Below, piece by piece: positions 25,052-30,066 of a stretch of DNA of 30,066 bases (position 1 is its first letter; the number at the start of each line of letters is the position of its first letter). The stretch is from a virus (lineage: Duplodnaviria > Caudoviricetes): IMG/VR virus record IMGVR_UViG_3300014155_000007, positions 1-30,066 of that record; one strand, written 5' to 3'. Both the position numbers and the translations under genes were made by a program. The notes beneath the pieces were generated by a model. It saw only the letters and a list, made by a program, of their open reading frames with translations. It made no database searches and had not been told where the DNA came from.

Positions 25052-25208
25052 TTATTTCAACCTCCGGGACTTCTTTCAGTGTTATCCTTATATCGAATGT
25101 CTCAGCGATATGACAAACCGTGTCATAATGTCGTTTGCATACTGGCTTGTCATTAACAAACCAGCGGATGTTCTTCCGTTGATCGCCGCATAGTGCACAC
25201 TGACTCAT
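25044..25208 (-). CDS. 54-aa Zn-finger protein (3' part of track ORF 25044..25340)
   Basis: MSQCALC...VCKRH; GGAGG RBS. Confidence 0.6.
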   Translation of the reverse strand: MSQCALCGDQRKNIRWFVNDKPVCKRHYDTVCHIAETFDIRITLKEVPEVEINV

Positions 25209-25569
25209 TTTTCCTCCTTTGATTGAGTAATTCGATTGCCTCTGCTCGGCGCTGCTCCATTCTTGGTGTCCTAAATCGCAGCTGCGGTAAGAGTTGCCGT
25301 AGGGCGATGTGGTTCCACTGACAATATGGATTGCCGCCAAGCATGCGAGCCGCTTGTGTATCGCAACTCGTGATCCTCGCCGTACGCTGTGGTTTAAATT
25401 TGCTGGCCGGCTCGCCTATAATGTGTTCTAGGTTTTGGATCTCTTCGGTGGTTCCGACAAAAGTCAATGCTATTCTCAGTTTGGCTGAGTTGGATGAAAT
25501 AGCTAATCCGCCATGCTCAAATACGCCACTCAGGTACGCTACATCCTCAGCGCTAAGTCGATTTATCAT
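25153..25569 (-). CDS. Degenerate single-motif LAGLIDADG endonuclease-like protein
   Basis: DVAYLSGVFEHGG resembles AYLAGxxDGEG; C-terminal LRQLLPQLR...RAE. Confidence 0.55.
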   Translation of the reverse strand: MINRLSAEDVAYLSGVFEHGGLAISSNSAKLRIALTFVGTTEEIQNLEHIIGEPASKFKPQRTARITSCDTQAARMLGGNPYCQWNHIALRQLLPQLRFRTPRMEQRRAEAIELLNQRRKNESVCTMRRSTEEHPLVC

Positions 25570-25571
25570 TT

Positions 25572-25919
25572 TTAACCCACCTTTTTGTTCATGCGCTCCC
25601 CGAGTTCTTTTCTATATTCTTCGAGTTCTTCTTTTGATTCTTTAGCTTCATCGTAGCCACCGTGACCAAGGTCGTCAATTCCCATAAATCCGTTTTTTTG
25701 GAGTATGTCTTCAATGGCCCACGCGAGTTCCGGCAGCCCACAAGCCATATTCAGGAATTGTATTTTCAAGATTGCAGCTATTTCTGGCGCGTGGTGTTTT
25801 TCAAAATAATCTGCATAATTTCCAAGTTCGTTTTCGAGGATTTCAGCGTGAGCCGTCAGGCCGCGTAAGAACGTCTTTAGGGATTGCACGTCATTTTCAT
25901 ATTTCCATTCAAATGTCAT
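25572..25919 (-). CDS. Hypothetical helical protein (start at ATG 25919)
   Basis: GGAGG RBS before MTFEWK; the longer track ORF overlaps the DUF998 gene in another frame. Confidence 0.6.
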   Translation of the reverse strand: MTFEWKYENDVQSLKTFLRGLTAHAEILENELGNYADYFEKHHAPEIAAILKIQFLNMACGLPELAWAIEDILQKNGFMGIDDLGHGGYDEAKESKEELEEYRKELGERMNKKVG

Positions 25920-25921
25920 TT

Positions 25922-26533
25922 TTAACCCCTCCTCAAGCTCAGTGTCGGGTGCAATTCCATTAATGCGCCGCCAAGCCCTACCTCCCAGATCATCATAGGG
26001 TAGTACATTATACGCTCCATGATGCCCATGCCGAGTCCGAAAATTAGGTGTGGGAACACTACTACGATGGGAATAAGTAGGCCGCCGATTAATGCGAGAA
26101 CGCCGAGCCCGAACGATAGATACGTCATTGGCGGATTGAACCTCTTGTAGGAGAAGAGCATTACTATCACGCCGAGGATAACGATTGTCATCGCACTCGT
26201 GATGTGGCAGGCGTATGCATAGTGCCACGGGACGAGCGACGGGAACAGCCCTACGCCGATCTCCGCCCCGCATGAGATTGCCAAGAGTGGTGTAAAGTAC
26301 TTACCTAGTGTTTCGTATGCTAGTATGACGCCGATCAGACCAAGAGCCCCTGAGATTACGAGCGTGATGCCAAAGAGGAGGATTGTAGGTTGCATCGCTC
26401 CAAGGGAGCTTATGGTGTCAATTGAGATGTTATACCCTGGGGTGTTCAGCGCCTCCATAATAGGGTTAAATAAGAGCCCTATGAGTGCCGATATGAATAT
26501 CAGTGCGCCCCCGACATGTTGTTTATTGGTCAT
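25922..26533 (-). CDS. DUF998-family multi-pass membrane protein
   Basis: PGYNISIDTISSLG, GVGLFP, a conserved His, and GLGMGIMERI..YP...W. Confidence 0.8.
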   Translation of the reverse strand: MTNKQHVGGALIFISALIGLLFNPIMEALNTPGYNISIDTISSLGAMQPTILLFGITLVISGALGLIGVILAYETLGKYFTPLLAISCGAEIGVGLFPSLVPWHYAYACHITSAMTIVILGVIVMLFSYKRFNPPMTYLSFGLGVLALIGGLLIPIVVVFPHLIFGLGMGIMERIMYYPMMIWEVGLGGALMELHPTLSLRRG

Positions 26534-26536
26534 TCT

Positions 26537-26692
26537 TCACCTCCTACGGTTTGGCCGGACACGGTCGTCATCTGGAACGTCAACTAGCGTGACGCATACC
26601 GGACAACGTTTTTCTTTTTGCGATTCATCGCCCGATATCGAGGGGCCATACTGAAAAGTGCAGTCAGGACACGCAAATTTACGTCTTGTCAT
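26537..26692 (-). CDS. 51-aa zinc-ribbon protein (not in ORF track)
   Basis: MTRRKFACPDC...RCPVC. Confidence 0.65.
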   Translation of the reverse strand: MTRRKFACPDCTFQYGPSISGDESQKEKRCPVCVTLVDVPDDDRVRPNRRR

Positions 26693-26810
26693 TTTCTCGT
26701 TTATATCTCCTCAATGTTTCTACGTCTTCTACAGACTCCGGAATGATTGTAACGCAAACTTCCTGCCCAAGTTCGCAACCCTCGCTTACAGCTTTAAGTT
26801 CACACCTCAT
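26679..26810 (-). CDS. 43-aa hypothetical protein (not in ORF track)
   Basis: MRCELKAVSEG...; ATGA-coupled to the upstream gene. Confidence 0.45.
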   Translation of the reverse strand: MRCELKAVSEGCELGQEVCVTIIPESVEDVETLRRYKRENDKT

Positions 26811-27079
26811 TTTCCACTCTCCTTGAGCTGCTCCTGCATCCGGAGTAAGTCATCTTCCACCTTCGTCAGCCTAGCATGTAAGCCAGATAGCGTTTTCCGC
26901 TCGCTCAATGCCAGTTTTTCACGTATCATCTCCTTGTTAGCGTTCATCCATTCCCGTTTGCATCCAGGGCCGGTCGGCCTATTTACGTGAAAGACGTACC
27001 GTTCGCCGTCAAATATTTTGATATGCTTTAGTTCGCGGGCACCAATCGGTTCTCCACAGTGAGAACATGTTTCGGTCAT
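26807..27079 (-). CDS. Zn-finger / coiled-coil hypothetical protein
   Basis: CSHC...FH...GC followed by a heptad-rich tail. Confidence 0.6.
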   Translation of the reverse strand: MTETCSHCGEPIGARELKHIKIFDGERYVFHVNRPTGPGCKREWMNANKEMIREKLALSERKTLSGLHARLTKVEDDLLRMQEQLKESGK

Positions 27080-27198
27080 TTTTTAACCCTCCTGGTTCTG
27101 TCATATAGGTACAAGGGTAAGCAGGTAGCTAGACACACGGCTACATACAAGCCGAACAGGAATATGAACAGAACGTCCTCGAATGGATAGTCAGTCAT
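27076..27198 (-). CDS. 40-aa single-TM peptide (not in ORF track)
   Basis: MTDYPFEDVLFIFLFGLYVAVCLATCLPLYLYDRTRRVKK; ATGA overlaps at both ends. Confidence 0.6.
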   Translation of the reverse strand: MTDYPFEDVLFIFLFGLYVAVCLATCLPLYLYDRTRRVKK

Positions 27199-27356
27199 TC
27201 TTTTGACCTCCGTTTTCGCGCATTGATCTCAATCCGTGTCCTGCGCCTGGCGTCATCTTGAATGAGCCCTATCGAGAACTGAACGATGTCCCTTTTTGGC
27301 ACTCTGATGAAGTCGCCATAATCATACCAATCGTCATCGACGCGTTTTAGGTTCAT
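27195..27356 (-). CDS. 53-aa protein, WYDYG copy 2 (not in ORF track)
   Basis: MNLKRVDDDWYDYGDFIRVPKRDIVQFSIG...; ATGA overlaps at both ends; GAGGGTGA RBS. Confidence 0.65.
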   Translation of the reverse strand: MNLKRVDDDWYDYGDFIRVPKRDIVQFSIGLIQDDARRRTRIEINARKRRSKE

Positions 27357-27940
27357 GTTTCACCCTCTCCCAGCACTTCATTAATGCGATTGATGTGAGC
27401 GATAAACGTGGGCAAAGAAAGATCGGCTTTCATTCGATTGCATACCCAACAACATGAGACTGAATTTTCGACTGTATATCCCTTAGTATTGTCAATCCGA
27501 TCAACGCCGATAAGTGGATTTGGCTCAGCCCCGCAGAGATAACAGCGACGTTTTAAAAGCGTTTCAAACTGTTCATTAGTAAGGTCGAAGGGCAGACCTC
27601 TCTTAGCAGCCCCACGTTTTGTATCATATATGATTTTTGGGATTCGGTTCACATTAACCCTTTTAATGACGCGTTGAGTGTCAGTAATGCGGTGTTTTTC
27701 ACAGCGGATGTAGTGTCTACCCGTATTAGGGTTTATTCCTGTTTGATTGTCACAACCACTACGACTACACAGCCCGCGTTCATAACGCCTGATGGCTCGT
27801 TCGTAAGCGGCAGTACGGTGAACCTCACAAAGGACGTAATGTTCACCGGTGGTGGGGTTGATACCTGTTGTGTTGCTGCAATCTTGACACAACCCCTCCT
27901 TCCTACGTTTAGTTCTCCACGCCTTCTTATTCTGCTTCAT
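27353..27940 (-). CDS. HNH-type endonuclease with two tandem Cys3His Zn fingers
   Basis: CYLCG...GVDRIDNTKGYTVENSVSCCWVCNRMK; two N-terminal GLC...TGINP.TG.HY..CE.HR repeats. Confidence 0.88.
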   Translation of the reverse strand: MKQNKKAWRTKRRKEGLCQDCSNTTGINPTTGEHYVLCEVHRTAAYERAIRRYERGLCSRSGCDNQTGINPNTGRHYIRCEKHRITDTQRVIKRVNVNRIPKIIYDTKRGAAKRGLPFDLTNEQFETLLKRRCYLCGAEPNPLIGVDRIDNTKGYTVENSVSCCWVCNRMKADLSLPTFIAHINRINEVLGEGET

Positions 27941-28028
27941 ATTTCGCCTCTACGACGTTTTCCACAGGTATCCGTACAAACTCACCGTAGTCGTACCAGC
28001 GATCGTCGACGCGTTGAAGGCCGTTCAT
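27927..28028 (-). CDS. 33-aa protein, WYDYG copy 1 (not in ORF track)
   Basis: MNGLQRVDDRWYDYGEFVRIPVENVVEAKYEAE; ATGA-coupled to the upstream ORF and overlapping the HNH start. Confidence 0.6.
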   Translation of the reverse strand: MNGLQRVDDRWYDYGEFVRIPVENVVEAKYEAE

Positions 28029-28162
28029 ATGCTACCTGCCAATGATTTTGTCGCTATGGTGGCAACAATTTCAGCATCGTTGTTGATAACGACGAGCTGG
28101 AAGTCCCCTTTCTTTAGTGCATCCGCTAGGTCTGCCGGGAAATCGATTTCCAATTTAGTCAC
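28025..28162 (-). CDS. 45-aa hypothetical protein (not in ORF track)
   Basis: GTG start overlapping the upstream TGA; GGAGG RBS; MTKLEIDFPADLADALKKG... Confidence 0.55.
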   Translation of the reverse strand: MTKLEIDFPADLADALKKGDFQLVVINNDAEIVATIATKSLAGSI

Positions 28163-29412
28163 TTTTTAGCCTCCTTCTGTGACCTGCTGTGGTACTTCTC
28201 AATCGCCCGTTCGATCTTGGATTCGAGCATCATTTCGCCGCGGGGGGTGTCGCCTACCGGTTCGGCAAGGAATATGGTACGAATGGTGCCCCATTTAAGA
28301 CGAACTTCCCCGACTCCGGGAATCTCGACGTTGAGAGTGTCTTTGCTTGCTGACTTGACCTCGCATGCGTATTCAGCGTCAACGCCAAAGCAGACTGAGA
28401 AATATGCGTCGGGGTCCTGTTCCGGGATTATGATTTCTTCCTCTGCCGGAGCCGCGATAGCCCTCCATAAATCTCCGGGTTCGCGTTTGGGGCTCGTCTT
28501 GCTGCCAAATTCGTACTCCGGTGCCCCTTCGACCGTCGGTGCGACCGGCATCCGAACCTCAATCTCCTCGGCCGATTCGCATATGGACTCGTATGGAGTG
28601 AAGCACCCTGCCTTGATAGCCTTTTTTGTGTTTTCCACTACGGTCTCCGCCCTTGCGATGTTTTCAGGCGTTGCTATACGTTCAAACGCCGTCTCGTAGG
28701 ATTCTTCTGCTTCGTCTTTTGCCTTCGTTTCGTCCAAGCGCTCTTTGAGAGCTTCAGGAGGCGTTTTGATTTTGCCCCTCGCATCACGCCGCTCCGCTTT
28801 GATGCCTTTAAGTTCGGGGAACCGCTCGACGAGCCTACCTCTGAACGCGGCTTCGACGGTTGGGTTGTTTGCGTACCCTGTGCTAAACTCCTTATTTATG
28901 AGGACAAGGATGGCGCTCATCGGCCACGGCTTTTCCTGTGTCCTAAGCTCCTTAGCACGGCAGAGCATCTCGTCGGTGAAGTTGTATTTGGGCGGTCTCT
29001 TGCGTGCTGCCTCGCTTAGTCTCCTATTATGCTCTTCCTCTTTACTCACGACCGGAGGCTTCGGTTCCTGTTCACTGAGTTCGGATTCAGAGGCATCATC
29101 GGTGATAAGCTCATCAACGGGTTCGTCGCCGTCAGGATCGAACCTCTCAGACAGCCATCTAAAGCATCGTTTTCCGGTTTTGGGAACCGCCTCGAACGGC
29201 GTTACGCGCCAGCACTTGATAAGGTCTGCCTTTTTGAATACGGCTGGGAGTGCGTCCCATTCCTCCGGTTTTGTGTGAAAACAATCGCGGCAATGTGCGA
29301 CCTTTTTCGTGTCCACTGGCTTCGTCGGTGCGTTGCAGGCGTCGTGCCGCGAGAGAACGAGATACTTTCCACAGGCCTCACACTGCCTGACGTCGCTGAC
29401 GCTGTCTTCCAT
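28159..29412 (-). CDS. Hypothetical protein with Cys-rich N-terminus and acidic linkers
   Basis: 417-aa ORF with CEACG and CRDC motifs; GGAG RBS. Confidence 0.7.
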   Translation of the reverse strand: MEDSVSDVRQCEACGKYLVLSRHDACNAPTKPVDTKKVAHCRDCFHTKPEEWDALPAVFKKADLIKCWRVTPFEAVPKTGKRCFRWLSERFDPDGDEPVDELITDDASESELSEQEPKPPVVSKEEEHNRRLSEAARKRPPKYNFTDEMLCRAKELRTQEKPWPMSAILVLINKEFSTGYANNPTVEAAFRGRLVERFPELKGIKAERRDARGKIKTPPEALKERLDETKAKDEAEESYETAFERIATPENIARAETVVENTKKAIKAGCFTPYESICESAEEIEVRMPVAPTVEGAPEYEFGSKTSPKREPGDLWRAIAAPAEEEIIIPEQDPDAYFSVCFGVDAEYACEVKSASKDTLNVEIPGVGEVRLKWGTIRTIFLAEPVGDTPRGEMMLESKIERAIEKYHSRSQKEAKK

Positions 29413-29414
29413 CG

Positions 29415-29999
29415 CTACTCCTCCATCGCCTCAACCGAATCCACATCGATATTGTCAAAAATTGACCCGTCCTGTGTTTGCTTAGAGTGCCTGACCTTAA
29501 CCCTACAAGATTTTCCTAGCAACTTTCTGCCATCGAAGCCAGTTATGTCGATGTTCGGGAATCCAAACTCAAGAGCGAGCTTATAAAGGTTGCTCATCTG
29601 ACCGGTTGATTTGGTTATTCGCCTCTTGATTTCTACGCCGCCAATGTCGAATGTGTAGACAAGAACGGTTTGTTTTTTGTCGGGTTGATTCCATACGGGT
29701 TGGTCCTTCAGCACTTCCATTTTGGTTATTTTGGCGTTGTAGCGCTTGCCGTCTTGGAGTAGTGGTTTGTGGGGTTCTCTAGGAGGGGCCCATGTATCGC
29801 TATCTTCGTTAGGTCCATCTTCATCATCATCGTCCGCGATCGGTACTGGTTGCTTGGGTGCTGAATTGTAGTTTCTTGCAGGGGCTTCGTTTCTTACCTG
29901 ATCGGCGGTCATATAACGCGGCCCTTTCTTGATTTTAAATGATTCTCCAGCTTCTTCTATCTCATCTTCTGAGGGTACAAAATCTTCGTCTTTTGACAT
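29415..29999 (-). CDS. DUF669-like / putative ssDNA-binding OB-fold protein
   Basis: G.RYNAKITKMEV...LVYTFDI...LYKL...G...LLGKSCRVKV...DNI pattern; acidic termini. Confidence 0.6.
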   Translation of the reverse strand: MSKDEDFVPSEDEIEEAGESFKIKKGPRYMTADQVRNEAPARNYNSAPKQPVPIADDDDEDGPNEDSDTWAPPREPHKPLLQDGKRYNAKITKMEVLKDQPVWNQPDKKQTVLVYTFDIGGVEIKRRITKSTGQMSNLYKLALEFGFPNIDITGFDGRKLLGKSCRVKVRHSKQTQDGSIFDNIDVDSVEAMEE

Positions 30000-30018
30000 A
30001 TTTTTTTACCTCTTTCAC

Positions 30019-30046
30019 TTTATAGCCTATTTGTAGCCTATTTGTA
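30019..30046 (-). promoter_or_regulatory. 11-bp tandem direct repeat (TAGCCTATTTG x2) overlapping the edge of a TATAAA box
   Basis: Units at 30023-30033 and 30034-30044; minus-strand TATAAA at 30019-30024, about 20 nt before ATG 29999. Confidence 0.45.
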
Positions 30047-30066
30047 TACTGTCAGCCGTAGCTGAC

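Noticed and set aside
25572-26273. 233-aa track ORF
   Set aside because: Its 5' half overlaps DUF998 in another frame; the true start is probably ATG 25919.
215-29586. All other plus-strand ORFs in the track
   Set aside because: They overlap well-supported minus-strand genes and show no recognisable motifs.
1-30066. CRISPR array, tRNA/rRNA genes, integrase or att site
   Set aside because: No repeat-spacer periodicity, cloverleaf or recombinase motif was found by eye, and the intergenic gaps are short.

Overview
This window is a contiguous piece of a tailed dsDNA virus or provirus (Caudoviricetes). Essentially every real gene lies on the minus strand. In transcription order it carries: an early/accessory block (DUF669/SSB-like gene, Zn-finger HNH nuclease, many tiny Zn-ribbon and membrane ORFs, DUF998, degenerate LAGLIDADG); a candidate lysis pair (glycoside-hydrolase-like protein with lectin-like repeats, plus a papain-family protease); a displaced MuF/gp7 gene; HNH, TerS and a PBSX-type TerL; a ~4 kb insert including an intein-containing metallophosphoesterase; then portal, an XkdF-type maturation protease fused to a UDG-like domain, scaffold, cement, major capsid protein, adaptor, a fibre module with two paralogous repeat proteins, a double-domain head-closure protein, HK97-gp10 and the start of the tail terminator. 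An archaeal host is suggested by TATA-like boxes, GGTGA/GGAGG RBSs, abundant Zn-ribbon and wHTH microproteins, and the lack of a recognisable peptidoglycan endolysin, but this is inference only. The most notable observations are the UDG/ligase-remnant/protease polyprotein, the non-canonical lysis pair, an HNH gene flanked by a recoded duplicate of a small gene's 5' end, and a 14-bp palindrome repeated at two late intergenic sites. All family calls come from motifs read by eye; no searches were run.
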